Source: Dyella sp. (GTDB lineage Bacteria; Pseudomonadota; Gammaproteobacteria; Xanthomonadales; Rhodanobacteraceae). From it: a DNA stretch of 62,080 bases. The notes below the pieces were generated by a model that did not search any database, had not been told where the DNA came from, and saw only the letters and a program-made list of their open reading frames with translations. This document shows positions 8,922 to 18,834 of this stretch, in pieces. Made by a program: the position numbers and the translations under genes. Position 1 is the stretch's first letter. Every line of letters begins with the position of its first letter. The stretch spans positions 1 through 62,080 of the forward strand of contig NZ_DATJMN010000008.1 in NCBI RefSeq assembly GCF_035508675.1. The letters run 5' to 3'.

Positions 8922-10453
8922 ACGCTTCATCCTTTCCGTATGCACGGCTCCGTCCACTTGTGCTGATGGCCGTACTGAGTCTTGCCGGCTGCCATATCCC
9001 GACCAAAGTGCAGCATCCTGTCCTGCGTGACGACGTGCCGTTAGCCGGCTTGCCGACCACCGCAGGCGCGGAGTGGCCCGCCGCCGAATGGTGGCGCGTG
9101 TACCACGATCCACAGCTCGACCGGGTGATGGCGCTGGTCATGCAGCAGTCGCCCGACCTGGAGCAGGCACGGACGCGCGTGAAAACCGCCGAACAATCGG
9201 TGCGCGTCGCCGCAGCGCAAGCTGGCCTTACCATCGACGCCAACGGCCAGCTTACGCGCCAGCGCATGAGCGACCATGGGTTGATCCCCCCATCCCTGCT
9301 CGGTTTCAACTGGTACAACCAGGCCGACCTGAGTGTGCAGCTCGAATACGATTTCGACTGGTGGGGCAAGAAGCGCGCCGCGATCGAGGCCGCGCTCGAT
9401 CAGGCGCATGCCGCCGAAGCGGAACGCAGCGCCGCCATGCTCACCATTCAGAACGCTGTGGCGGACGCGTATTTCGGCCTGCTGGCCGATGAAAACCGTC
9501 TCGCACTCACGCGGCAGGCAGTCGGCGTGCAACAGCGCCTGCTGCACATTGCCGAACTGCGCGTACGACAAGGCGTGGACCTGCCCGATACCGTCCAACA
9601 GGCGCGCGCGCAGCTTGCCAGTACACAGCAAATGCAAGCCACGCTGGAAGGCTCGATCCAACTGCGCAAGGTGGTGCTCGCCGCCCTGGTGAACGTATCG
9701 CCGGCGCAATTGCCGCCACTGGAACCACGCGCACTGCCCGAACTCGAAGGCGCGATTCCCGATAACGCGCACCTGGACCTGATCGCCCGCCGCCCCGACA
9801 TCGCCGCCAGCCGCTGGCGCGTGGAAGCCGCGCTCAAACAGACCGATGTAGCGCGCGCGGATTATTTCCCCGACTTCAGCATCAAGGCGATGGCAGGCCT
9901 TTCCAGCACGGACCAGGGCGCACCGAGCTTCGGGGGCCTTACCACCGGCAGCAAGGGCGATCTGGGCAATCTGTTCACCGCCGGTAGCCGCGTGTTCGGC
10001 ATCACGCCCGCAGTACATCTGCCGATTTTCGAAGGCGGCCGGCTGAAGGCGAACTATGGCGCCAGCCGCGCCCAGCTCGATGCCGCCATCGCGGATTACA
10101 ACGTAGCGGTGACGGACGCCGCGCGCGACGTCGCCACGCAAGCCGTCACCGCACAGCAGATTGCCGCGCGCCGCGAAAAGCAGGCCGCGCAGATAAAAGC
10201 CGACAAGGCACTGCTGGCCAACGCGCAGGCACGCACCGCACGCGGCACTCAGGATGCACGCCAAAGCCTCAACGCCCAGGCGCAGCTACTGCAACAGCGT
10301 GACCAGGCCATCAGCCTGCAGGCGCAGGCGATCAGTACCGATCTGGCGTTGATCAAGGCGCTGGGCGGCGGCTACCGCTCCGACATCGACAGCAAGGCCG
10401 TGCAATCCGCCGCCGCTTCCTCCCCCACTTCGAATCCCGCAGGAGCCCCCTGA
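8918..10453 (+). CDS. Outer-membrane efflux lipoprotein (NodT/EmrC-like)
   Basis: Lipobox LAGC, LIARRPDI, PIFEGGRL, LIKALGGG. Confidence 0.9.
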   Translation: MNASSFPYARLRPLVLMAVLSLAGCHIPTKVQHPVLRDDVPLAGLPTTAGAEWPAAEWWRVYHDPQLDRVMALVMQQSPDLEQARTRVKTAEQSVRVAAAQAGLTIDANGQLTRQRMSDHGLIPPSLLGFNWYNQADLSVQLEYDFDWWGKKRAAIEAALDQAHAAEAERSAAMLTIQNAVADAYFGLLADENRLALTRQAVGVQQRLLHIAELRVRQGVDLPDTVQQARAQLASTQQMQATLEGSIQLRKVVLAALVNVSPAQLPPLEPRALPELEGAIPDNAHLDLIARRPDIAASRWRVEAALKQTDVARADYFPDFSIKAMAGLSSTDQGAPSFGGLTTGSKGDLGNLFTAGSRVFGITPAVHLPIFEGGRLKANYGASRAQLDAAIADYNVAVTDAARDVATQAVTAQQIAARREKQAAQIKADKALLANAQARTARGTQDARQSLNAQAQLLQQRDQAISLQAQAISTDLALIKALGGGYRSDIDSKAVQSAAASSPTSNPAGAP

Positions 10454-10455
10454 CC

Positions 10456-11640
10456 ATGAGCGCCGCCGAGTCCACCCTCAAGGACGCCAACGACAGCGGC
10501 CTGGCCGCGAAGAATCCCGCCAAGCGCAGCCGCGCGCTGCTGATCGTGGCGCTTGTTTTCGTGCTCGCCGGATTGGCCTGGTTCCTGCTGTGGTTCTTCG
10601 TATTTTCGACCCGCGAGAGCACCGACAATGCGTACGTGGGCGGCAATCAGGTCGCGCTTTCCTCACAAGTTCCCGGCACTGTCATCGCCATCCTTACCGA
10701 TGACACGCAACACGTCACCGCCGGACAAGTGCTCGTAAAACTTGACCCCACCGATGCCGACGTGCGCCTGCGCCAGACCAGCAGCGCGCTGGCGCAAGCA
10801 GTGCGCCAGGTTCGCCAGCAGAACGACTCGGTCAACGAAGCGGATGCCACCGTAGCGGCGCGTGAAGTCGATCTGCGCAAGGCAGAAGCCGATCTGAAGC
10901 GCCATCTGCCACTGGTGGCCGCCCAGGCCGAATCGCCGGAAATCGTGCAGCACATGCGCGACAGCGTGGCACAAGCGCAAGCCGCGCTGAATGCTGCGAA
11001 GGCGCAGGCGCAATCGGCACGCGCTGCTGTGGAAGGCACCGACGTCGCCAACAACCCGGCTGTAATGCAGGCACGTGCTAACTTCCGTGCTAGCTGGATT
11101 GCCGCGCAGCGCAATACGATTGTGGCACCGGTGAGCGGTTACGTTGCGCAGCGCAGCGTGCAACTCGGCGCCAGCATCTCTCCCGGCCAGCAACTGATGA
11201 CCATCGTGCCGCTGCACGATCTGTGGATCGATGCGAACTTCAAGGAAAACCAGCTGCGCCATATCCGTATCGGCCAGCCGGTGAAGATCACCACAGACTT
11301 GTACGGCGGCAGCGTCGAATACCACGGCAAGGTGATCGGCCTTGGAGCAGGCACAGGCAGTGTGTTTTCGCTGTTGCCGGCGCAGAACGCCACCGGCAAC
11401 TGGATCAAGGTGGTACAGCGCGTGCCGGTACGTATCGCGCTCAACAACGACGAGCTGGACAAGCATCCGCTGCGCGTCGGGCTCTCGACCGACGTGACGG
11501 TCGACATCAGCAACGACCAGGGCCCGGCGCTTGCTTCCGCACCCGCGCAACCGCCGGCAGAAACCTCGGTGTATGACCACGTCGCCGCTCAGGCCGATAC
11601 CGAGGCGGAGAAGATCATTCGCGCCAATCTTGGGGAGTGA
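10456..11640 (+). CDS. emrA: Membrane fusion protein EmrA
   Basis: STDNAYV, SLLPAQNATGNWIKVVQRVPVRI. Confidence 0.94.
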   Translation: MSAAESTLKDANDSGLAAKNPAKRSRALLIVALVFVLAGLAWFLLWFFVFSTRESTDNAYVGGNQVALSSQVPGTVIAILTDDTQHVTAGQVLVKLDPTDADVRLRQTSSALAQAVRQVRQQNDSVNEADATVAAREVDLRKAEADLKRHLPLVAAQAESPEIVQHMRDSVAQAQAALNAAKAQAQSARAAVEGTDVANNPAVMQARANFRASWIAAQRNTIVAPVSGYVAQRSVQLGASISPGQQLMTIVPLHDLWIDANFKENQLRHIRIGQPVKITTDLYGGSVEYHGKVIGLGAGTGSVFSLLPAQNATGNWIKVVQRVPVRIALNNDELDKHPLRVGLSTDVTVDISNDQGPALASAPAQPPAETSVYDHVAAQADTEAEKIIRANLGE

Positions 11641-11735
11641 TGCCAAGGCATCCGCTGCTACGTCCGTAACGCTGATTGCCCTCGTTCCCGCGCACGCGGG
11701 GATGCGGACCTGGAAAGCAAGACCGCGAGGCCATC

Positions 11736-13292
11736 ATGGCTGCCACACCCGACAACGCCCCACCCCTGAAACCACTGCACGGAACGCCGCTGGTCCTGCT
11801 GACCATCGCCGTTGCGTTCAGCACCTTCATGGAGGTGCTGGACATGACCATCGTCAACGTCTCGGTGCCGCACATCGCCGGCAGCTTGGCGGTGAGCCCG
11901 AACGAAGGCACCTGGGCAATCAGCTCCTATTCGCTGGCCAGCGCCATCATGCAGCCGCTGACCGGGTGGGTGGCGCGCCGCTTCGGCGAAGTGCGCACCT
12001 TTGTCACATCGGTCACGCTGTTCGTGATCTTTTCCATGTTCTGCGGCCTGTCCACCAGCATGCCGATGCTAGTGTTCGGGCGCCTGATGCAGGGCGCCGG
12101 TTCCGGCCCGATGGTGGCGCTTTCGCTGACCTTGCTGCTATCGAGCTACCCGAAGGAAAAACAAGGCATCGCACTGGCCATGTGGGCGATGACGGTGGTG
12201 GTGGCGCCGATCTTCGGGCCGATCCTGGGCGGCTGGATTACCGACAATCTCTCCTGGCCGTGGATTTTCTACATCAACCTGCCGGTAGGCATCCTGGCCG
12301 GCATCATCACTTGGACGCTGCTGCACAAGCGCGAAACCAAAACGATGAAGGCGCCGATCGACATCGTGGGCCTGGTGTTGCTGGTGGCCGGCGTGGGCTG
12401 CCTGCAGTTCATGCTGGACAACGGCAACGATCATGACTGGTTCGCCTCGCCGCTGATCCTCACCCTGGGCCTGATCGCACTGGTGTGCCTCACCTTCCTG
12501 GTGGTGTGGGAAATCCACGCCAAACATCCGGTGATCGATCTGAGCCTGTTCAAGCAGCGCAATTTCACCGTGGGCGTGCTCAGCCTCTCGCTGGGCATGT
12601 TCGCCTTCTTCGGCATCAACGTGGTGTTTCCGCTGTGGCTGCAGACCACGCTGGGTTACACCGCCACCTGGGCCGGATTGGCCGCCGCGCCGGTGGGCGT
12701 ATTGGCCTTCCTGCTCTCGCCGATCGTTGGTCGGAACATGAGCAAGGTCGACCTGCGTTTACTGGTGAGCTGGTCGTTCATCGTGTTCGCGGCGACCTCG
12801 TACTGGTTTTCCACCTTCGACAGCAGTGCTTCCTTCGCCACGCTGGTGGTGCCGCGCTTCGTGATGGGGCTGGCGATTCCCTGTTTCTTCATCCCGCTCA
12901 ACCAGATCTATCTCTCGGGCTTGCCTGCCTCGGAAATCGCCAGCGCATCGGGACTGTCCAACTTCTTCCGTACGCTCGGTTCCAGCGTGTCCACGGCCGT
13001 GATGGTGACGCTGTGGCAGCACCGGGCTATTTCTCACCACGCCAGCCTCACCGAGTACGTTAATCCGGCCCAGCCCGGTGCTGCGCAGTATCTGCAGCAA
13101 CTTTCGCAGATGGGTTTCGGGGCAACGCAACGCATCGCTTATATCGATCAAATCATCAACCGGGAGGGCTATACCCTGGCGGTTAACGACATTTTCTACG
13201 GCTGCGCCATTCTGTTCATCGTGCTGCTGCCGGTGCTCTGGTTCGCTCGGCCGCCGTTCGGCAGCACGGGTGGTGGTTCGGCGGGGCATTGA
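11736..13292 (+). CDS. emrB: DHA2 MFS efflux permease EmrB
   Basis: FMEVLDMTIVNV, GPILGGWIT, WPWIFYINLP; 14-TM pattern. Confidence 0.94.
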   Translation: MAATPDNAPPLKPLHGTPLVLLTIAVAFSTFMEVLDMTIVNVSVPHIAGSLAVSPNEGTWAISSYSLASAIMQPLTGWVARRFGEVRTFVTSVTLFVIFSMFCGLSTSMPMLVFGRLMQGAGSGPMVALSLTLLLSSYPKEKQGIALAMWAMTVVVAPIFGPILGGWITDNLSWPWIFYINLPVGILAGIITWTLLHKRETKTMKAPIDIVGLVLLVAGVGCLQFMLDNGNDHDWFASPLILTLGLIALVCLTFLVVWEIHAKHPVIDLSLFKQRNFTVGVLSLSLGMFAFFGINVVFPLWLQTTLGYTATWAGLAAAPVGVLAFLLSPIVGRNMSKVDLRLLVSWSFIVFAATSYWFSTFDSSASFATLVVPRFVMGLAIPCFFIPLNQIYLSGLPASEIASASGLSNFFRTLGSSVSTAVMVTLWQHRAISHHASLTEYVNPAQPGAAQYLQQLSQMGFGATQRIAYIDQIINREGYTLAVNDIFYGCAILFIVLLPVLWFARPPFGSTGGGSAGH

Positions 13293-13293
13293 T

Positions 13294-13348
13294 TGCTGCA
13301 CTCGATCGTGCAGCATAAAAAGGTAAACCCTGACTGGTGCGACGCAAT
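13294..13348. promoter_or_regulatory. Putative PhaR operator(s) upstream of phaR
   Basis: TGCTGCAC-N6-GTGCAGCA palindrome and TGCGACGCA; PhaR binds TGC-rich boxes. Confidence 0.5.
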
Positions 13349-13369
13349 ACCTTCTGCTAGTTTGTGTGC

Positions 13370-13876
13370 ATGGCACAAACAATCCGCATCATCAAGAAGT
13401 ACCCGAACCGTCGGCTCTACGATACGGAGATCTCCAGCTACATCACGCTGGAAGAGGTCCGCCAGCTGGTTCTGGATGGTGAAACCTTCGAGGTCCGCGA
13501 CGCCAAAAGCGGCGAGGACCTGACCCGCTCCGTGCTGCTGCAAATCATTTCCGAGCACGAAGAGAAGGGCCAGCCGATGCTGTCGCCCCAGCTCCTGAGC
13601 CACATCATTCGTTTCTACGGCGATTCCCTGCAGGGATTCATGGGACCGTACCTGGAGCGCAGCCTGCAAGTGTTCCTCGACCAGCAGCAGCAGTTCCGCA
13701 ACCAGCTCAACAGCATGATGGGGCAAACCCCGTGGGCGCTGTTGAACGAGCTGACGGAACGCAACATGGATGCGTGGAAGAACATGCAGCGGGGCTTCAT
13801 GGATGCCGCCTCGCAGGCCGCCACGCCGGCCCCCGGCCAAGCCGGCCGCGGCGGCACCACCACCAAGAAACCCTGA
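13370..13876 (+). CDS. phaR: Polyhydroxyalkanoate synthesis repressor PhaR
   Basis: RIIKKYPNRRLYDTEISSYITL signature. Confidence 0.95.
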   Translation: MAQTIRIIKKYPNRRLYDTEISSYITLEEVRQLVLDGETFEVRDAKSGEDLTRSVLLQIISEHEEKGQPMLSPQLLSHIIRFYGDSLQGFMGPYLERSLQVFLDQQQQFRNQLNSMMGQTPWALLNELTERNMDAWKNMQRGFMDAASQAATPAPGQAGRGGTTTKKP

Positions 13877-13889
13877 TCTTCTCGGGCAC

Positions 13890-13933
13890 GCTGCCGCTGC
13901 AGCACAACACGTGCTGCCGCGCGGCATGTGCTG
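13890..13933. promoter_or_regulatory. Putative PhaR boxes upstream of phaB
   Basis: CTGCCGCTGCAG, GCAGCAC-N5-GTGCTGC, TGCCGCGCGGCA. Confidence 0.45.
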
Positions 13934-13946
13934 AAGGAAATCCGTC

Positions 13947-14708
13947 ATGAGCTTGTCGAAGTCCGCCCCGCGTGTCGCCTTGGTCACCGGCGGGATCGGC
14001 GGCATCGGCACCGAGATCTGCCTGCAACTCGCACAAGTCGGACGCATGGTGGTCGCGGTGGACCTGGCCACCCGCAGCGATCGCATCGAAGCTTTTCGCG
14101 TGCATACCGCGGCCTTCAACGGCGCCATCCGTTTCGAACCCTGCGACGTCAGCGATTTCAAGGCGTGCGGTTCGCTCGTCGAACATGTGGAGCTCAACAT
14201 CGGCCCTGTCGACATCCTGGTGAACGCCGCCGGCATCACGCGCGATACCAGCTTGCGCAAGATGGATCCGCAGCATTGGCACGAACTGATGCGCGTCAAT
14301 CTCGATGGGGTATTCAACACCTGCCGCCAGGTGGTCGAGGGCATGACGACGCGCGGTTTCGGCCGCATCGTCAACCTCAGTTCCGTGAACGGCCAGACCG
14401 GCCAGTTCGGGCAAACCAACTACTCCGCCGCCAAGGCCGGCGTACATGGTTTCAGCATGGCGCTGGCGCGCGAGACGGCGCGCAAGGGCGTTACGGTCAA
14501 CACGGTTTCGCCCGGCTATTGCGATACGCCGATGGTGGCTGCGGTGCCGCAGGAGATTCGGCAACGGATCATCTCCGACATTCCGGTAGGCCGGCTCGGC
14601 ACACCAGGGGATATCGCCCGTGCCATCGTGTTTCTCACCGCCGATGATGCCGATTACATCACCGGCGCAAACCTGCCGGTGAATGGCGGGTACTTCATGA
14701 GCTTTTAA
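13947..14708 (+). CDS. phaB: Acetoacetyl-CoA reductase
   Basis: SDR TGGIGGIG, SSVNGQTGQFGQTNYSAAKAG; adjacent to phaR. Confidence 0.9.
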   Translation: MSLSKSAPRVALVTGGIGGIGTEICLQLAQVGRMVVAVDLATRSDRIEAFRVHTAAFNGAIRFEPCDVSDFKACGSLVEHVELNIGPVDILVNAAGITRDTSLRKMDPQHWHELMRVNLDGVFNTCRQVVEGMTTRGFGRIVNLSSVNGQTGQFGQTNYSAAKAGVHGFSMALARETARKGVTVNTVSPGYCDTPMVAAVPQEIRQRIISDIPVGRLGTPGDIARAIVFLTADDADYITGANLPVNGGYFMSF

Positions 14709-14821
14709 ACGCCCTCTTTCCCGGATCACGCAGCAGAACCCATAACGGTTCTTAGCTACTCAGCCCGCTGCCCCACGACATCTTCCGCCGCTTCGACACT
14801 ACCTTGGCTGTCGCCTGATAC

Positions 14822-14853
14822 AGAAAATCCCGCGTTCCAGAAAACGCGGGGTT
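14822..14853 (-). terminator. Intrinsic terminator of the orphan gene
   Basis: Minus strand CCCGCGTT-TTCTGG-AACGCGGG followed by ATTTTCT. Confidence 0.6.
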
Positions 14854-14894
14854 CGTCAGCAATCTGAAACTCGCCATCACCGCGAAACCAACTC

Positions 14895-15527
14895 TTAACC
14901 GCCCCCTGCCGAGGAGGGTGGACTATCCGTTTGATCCTCCCCCGCCTCACCCGCCCCTTCGAGCAACGCAATGAGCTTGTCGGTAGCATCCAGCGCCTCA
15001 CTAGGGTCGGCACTCGCGATAGCTGCTATTAATCCCTGCACATCCCCACCTCGACCGCCTTGTGGGGGCTGAGCGCCTTGTGGAGGTTGAGCGCCTTGTG
15101 GCGGTTGACCACCTTGTGGGCTTTGGCCACCTTGCGCGCTCTTCCCACCTTGCATGCTCTGCTCACCAGCTTTCGGCGCATGATTGCTCAGCTGCTGCAT
15201 AAGGTATTGGCGATACTCTTTGAGTATTTTTAGGGCACCGGTTTTGTCCTTGTCTTGCAGTGCTTGCCTGAGGGCTTGCTCTACTTTCTCGCCAACTTGA
15301 TTTCCATTCGAAGCCCCCGCCTCCTCGCCCTCTTCCACGCCCGTCCCCGCTTGAGGCTGCGTTTCCTGATTCGGCATAGACGAGTATTTCTTCTGGCCAT
15401 CATCAAACGAGCGCGGCTGAATCTGCGGCGGAGCAGGTGTTTGTGGTTGACTCCCGCCATTCGGTGCGGAAGGCCACGAACCACCAGTCATTACACCGCT
15501 ATTTGCATCAACACTGCCGACGTGCAT
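14895..15527 (-). CDS. Orphan Gly/Gln/Pro-rich, Cys-free protein (harpin-like composition)
   Basis: Strong GGAGGT RBS before ATG 15527, own terminator, 210 aa, in-frame 18-bp repeats. Confidence 0.75.
   Translation of the reverse strand: MHVGSVDANSGVMTGGSWPSAPNGGSQPQTPAPPQIQPRSFDDGQKKYSSMPNQETQPQAGTGVEEGEEAGASNGNQVGEKVEQALRQALQDKDKTGALKILKEYRQYLMQQLSNHAPKAGEQSMQGGKSAQGGQSPQGGQPPQGAQPPQGAQPPQGGRGGDVQGLIAAIASADPSEALDATDKLIALLEGAGEAGEDQTDSPPSSAGGG
15058..15153 (-). repeat. 18-bp coding tandem repeat (QGxQPP), about 5 units
   Basis: CCTTG recurs every 18 nt (15058, 15076, 15094, 15112, 15130, 15148). Confidence 0.85.
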
Positions 15528-15699
15528 GGGAATACCTCCATTTATTGAATTAGCATCGACTCTAAAAGCTCCCTTCGTTTCCTGTGCGGTAGATATAGCT
15601 GCTCCTGCCAAAACGCCGGGCAATATGCATCGCTATCGGGTACTTGCCATAAACAGCCACTTACGGAACAGTGATGCGCTCCATTACACGGCACGCAGC

Positions 15700-17070
15700 A
15701 TGACGCAGCAAACAATCACCCTGATCGGCGGCGGTTTGGTCGGCACGCTGCTCGCGCAGCTTCTGGCTCGACGCGGGTTCAAGGTCGAGGTGTTCGAAAA
15801 GCGGCCCGATCCGCGGCGTGCGGGTTTCACCGGCGGACGTTCGATCAACCTCGCCCTCGCCGAACGTGGCTTGCAGGCGCTGCGCGCCGCCGGCCTGGCG
15901 GAAGACGTGCTGCAACGTGCAGTGATGATGCGTGGCCGCATGGTGCATCCCATCAACGGCGCCTCCGGTCTGCAGCGCTATGGCGTGGACGACAGTGAAG
16001 TGATCTGGTCGGTGTCCCGCGGTGGCCTCAACATGCTGCTGCTGGATGCGGCGGAAGCGGCAGGCGTGACGTTCCATTTCGGCCAAGGCCTCGCGGCGGC
16101 CGATCTTGATGCGCAGCACATCACGCTGGTCGACGACTACGGCGTACAGCATCGGCATCATGCATCGATAGTGATCGGCGCCGATGGCGCCGGCTCCGCC
16201 TTACGGGCGGCGATGAACGATTACCAGCCGCTCGGCCAACGCGTGGAACCGCTCGGCCACGGCTACAAGGAGCTGGAGATTCCCCCGGCGTCCGGCGCCC
16301 AGCGCTTCGCCATCGAACCGCATGCGCTGCATATCTGGCCCCGTGGTGGCTACATGTGCATCGCGCTGCCGAATACCGAAGGCAGCTTCACGGTCACGCT
16401 GTTCCTGCCCGTGCACGGCGTCCATCCCAGCTTCGATACCTTGCCGGATGCAACCGCGGCCCGCGCATTTTTCCAGCAGGACTTCCCGGACCTGCTGCCG
16501 CTGATTCCCGACTTCGCCGAGGATTACGACAGTCACCCGGTCGGCACGCTTTCCACGCTCTACCTGGACCACTGGCATATCGACGGCCGCGCCGTGCTGA
16601 TCGGCGATGCGGCGCATGCCATCGTGCCGTTCCACGGCCAGGGCATGAATTGCGGTTTCGAAGACACCGTCGCGCTCGCCGATCTGCTGGCCGAATCGGG
16701 CCGCGACACCGCCGACGCCTTCGCCGAATTCCAGCGCATCCGCAAACCCAATGCCGACGCGATCGCGGCGATGGCACTGGAGAACTACATCGAGATGCGC
16801 GATTCGGTCGCCGATCCACACTATCTCGCCAAGCGTGAACTCGGCGCGCGGCTGGCCGAACGCGCGCCGCAGCATTTCATGGCGCGCTACCGCATGGTCA
16901 CCTTCACGCACCTGCCGTACGCCTATGCGTACGAACGCGGGCGCGCGCAGGACATGCTGCTGGAGCAGTTGCTGCGCGGCGCCACCGAGGTTGAAAACGT
17001 GCCATTGGATGCTGCGGTGAAAGCACTGCGCGCCACCCTGCCACCGCTGCCGCCGTTACACCATGGATAG
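15700..17070 (+). CDS. kmo: Kynurenine 3-monooxygenase
   Basis: GRSINLAL, GYKELEIP, ALHIWPRG, GDAAHAIVPFHGQGMNCGFED, ALENYIEMRD. Confidence 0.93.
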   Translation: MTQQTITLIGGGLVGTLLAQLLARRGFKVEVFEKRPDPRRAGFTGGRSINLALAERGLQALRAAGLAEDVLQRAVMMRGRMVHPINGASGLQRYGVDDSEVIWSVSRGGLNMLLLDAAEAAGVTFHFGQGLAAADLDAQHITLVDDYGVQHRHHASIVIGADGAGSALRAAMNDYQPLGQRVEPLGHGYKELEIPPASGAQRFAIEPHALHIWPRGGYMCIALPNTEGSFTVTLFLPVHGVHPSFDTLPDATAARAFFQQDFPDLLPLIPDFAEDYDSHPVGTLSTLYLDHWHIDGRAVLIGDAAHAIVPFHGQGMNCGFEDTVALADLLAESGRDTADAFAEFQRIRKPNADAIAAMALENYIEMRDSVADPHYLAKRELGARLAERAPQHFMARYRMVTFTHLPYAYAYERGRAQDMLLEQLLRGATEVENVPLDAAVKALRATLPPLPPLHHG

Positions 17071-17497
17071 CGCGCTGATCATCGCCTACCGCAGCACGGA
17101 TTACCGTGTACGCCTGGCGCGGGGCGGCTTCGTGTCCATCCAGGTGGACACGCCGGTGCCCGAACCCCTGCGCGCTTGGATTGGTTCGCACAGCTGGGCC
17201 TTCATCACCGCATGGAACCCTTACTCACGGGTACAGCCGCGCACGCAAAACCGTGCTGCGCAACACAGCCTGCTCGACACCCTGCGCAAGCTGCCATCCA
17301 CGGTAACCATCCGACCCGCCATCGGTGTGGGCGAGGATTGGCGCGAACCCAGCTTTTTCGTGGTCGGTCCGGCGCTGGCGGAAACCGATGCGCTGGCGCA
17401 GCAATTCCAGCAAAACGCCTACGTGCATGGCCTGGCTGCGGGCCATGCCCGGCTGCGGCTGACCAGCGGCGAGCCGCCGCGTGGACAAGCTGGATAA
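17063..17497 (+). CDS. DUF3293 protein
   Basis: AFITAWNPYS, WREPS, QFQQNA motifs. Confidence 0.82.
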   Translation: MDSALIIAYRSTDYRVRLARGGFVSIQVDTPVPEPLRAWIGSHSWAFITAWNPYSRVQPRTQNRAAQHSLLDTLRKLPSTVTIRPAIGVGEDWREPSFFVVGPALAETDALAQQFQQNAYVHGLAAGHARLRLTSGEPPRGQAG

Positions 17498-17509
17498 GTC
17501 CTCCGCACA

Positions 17510-18145
17510 ATGCCGGCGATGACTTCCCATACCCCTTTGCTCGAAGCCCGCGCCCTCGCCTTCCAGCGCCAGGACGAACCCGTGTTCGGCCCGCTGGATT
17601 TCCACCTGCATGCCGGCGAGCTGATGCTGATCGAAGGCGACAATGGCAGCGGCAAGACCACCCTGATGCGCATCCTCACCGGCTTGCTGCGCGCAGAGGA
17701 AGGCGAGCTGCTGTGGCGCGGCGCGCCGCTCACCTGGGACCGCTGCAGCGGCGAAGTGGTGTTCCTTGGCCACCACCTTGGCTTGAAGGCGGAGCTGAGT
17801 GCGCGGGAAAACCTGGCGTTCACCATCGGCTTGCACGGCCATCGCAACCAGAGCGGCATCGATGGTGCACTCACCCAGGTTGGATTGACCGGATACGAGT
17901 ATGAACCCGTACGCAAACTGTCCGCCGGCCAGAAGAAGCGCGTGGCGCTGGCGCGCTTGCTGCTGATTCCGGCCACGCTATGGCTGCTGGACGAACCCTA
18001 CGCCAACCTGGATCGCACCGGCATCGAACTGGTGGATGCCTTGCTGGAAGCGCATATCGCGCACGGCGGCGCGGCCCTGGTGACCAGCCATGGCGCCGTG
18101 CAGTTCCACGGCGGCGAGCCGCAGCGGATTCGCTTGCATGCTTGA
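17510..18145 (+). CDS. ccmA: Heme ABC exporter ATPase CcmA
   Basis: GDNGSGKT, LSAGQKKR, WLLDEP; start could be 17519. Confidence 0.93.
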   Translation: MPAMTSHTPLLEARALAFQRQDEPVFGPLDFHLHAGELMLIEGDNGSGKTTLMRILTGLLRAEEGELLWRGAPLTWDRCSGEVVFLGHHLGLKAELSARENLAFTIGLHGHRNQSGIDGALTQVGLTGYEYEPVRKLSAGQKKRVALARLLLIPATLWLLDEPYANLDRTGIELVDALLEAHIAHGGAALVTSHGAVQFHGGEPQRIRLHA

Positions 18146-18833
18146 TACGCGGCGCCCGGGTCTTGCCCACGCTTGCGCGGCGGTATTGCGCCGCGACCTC
18201 ACGCTGGCCTGGCGCCAGCGCGGCGACATGGTATTGCCCGTGCTGTATGCGTTGATCGTCACCTCGCTGTTCCCCTTCGCGCTGGGACCGGAAAGCGCCT
18301 TGCTCAAACGCATCGCCGGTGGCGTCGTGCTGGTGACAGTGTTGCTGGCCATGCTGCTGGCCTTGGATGCGATGTTCCGCAGCGATATCGAAGACGGCTC
18401 GCTCGAACAGCTGATGCTGGCGCCGCAACCGCTGGCGCTGATGCTGGGCATGAAAATCCTCGCGCATTGGCTGGCCACCGCCCTGCCGCTGATCGTGGTG
18501 GCGCCGATGCTGGCCGGCATGCTGCATCTGCCGGCCGCGGTGATGCCCGTGCTGCTGGCGGCCCTGCTGCTCGCCACCCCGCTGCTGAGCCTGCTGGGTG
18601 GCATCCTGGTCGCCCTCACGGCCGGCACGCGGCGCTCTGGTATGCTGCTGGCCTTGATGCTGCTGCCGCTCTGCGTGCCGGTGGTGATCTTCGCCGCCGG
18701 GGCACTGGCAGCCGCCCAGGAAGGGCTGCCGTGGATCGCTCCCATTGCGTGGCTGGGCGCAGCGCTCGTCCTGGCCGTGGTGCTCGCCCCTCTGGCTTGC
18801 GCGGCTGCACTTCGAATTGCCCTGGATTCGTAG
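18138..18833 (+). CDS. ccmB: Heme exporter permease CcmB
   Basis: LFPFALGP, DIEDGSLEQL, LLPLCVPVVIF. Confidence 0.93.
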   Translation: MLDTRRPGLAHACAAVLRRDLTLAWRQRGDMVLPVLYALIVTSLFPFALGPESALLKRIAGGVVLVTVLLAMLLALDAMFRSDIEDGSLEQLMLAPQPLALMLGMKILAHWLATALPLIVVAPMLAGMLHLPAAVMPVLLAALLLATPLLSLLGGILVALTAGTRRSGMLLALMLLPLCVPVVIFAAGALAAAQEGLPWIAPIAWLGAALVLAVVLAPLACAAALRIALDS

Positions 18834-18834
18834 C

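Noticed and set aside
15528-15699. PIP box or hrp box for the harpin-like gene, and N-terminal extension of kmo
   Set aside because: No TTCGB-N15-TTCGB or GGAACC-N16-CCAC seen; KMO homology starts at 15700.
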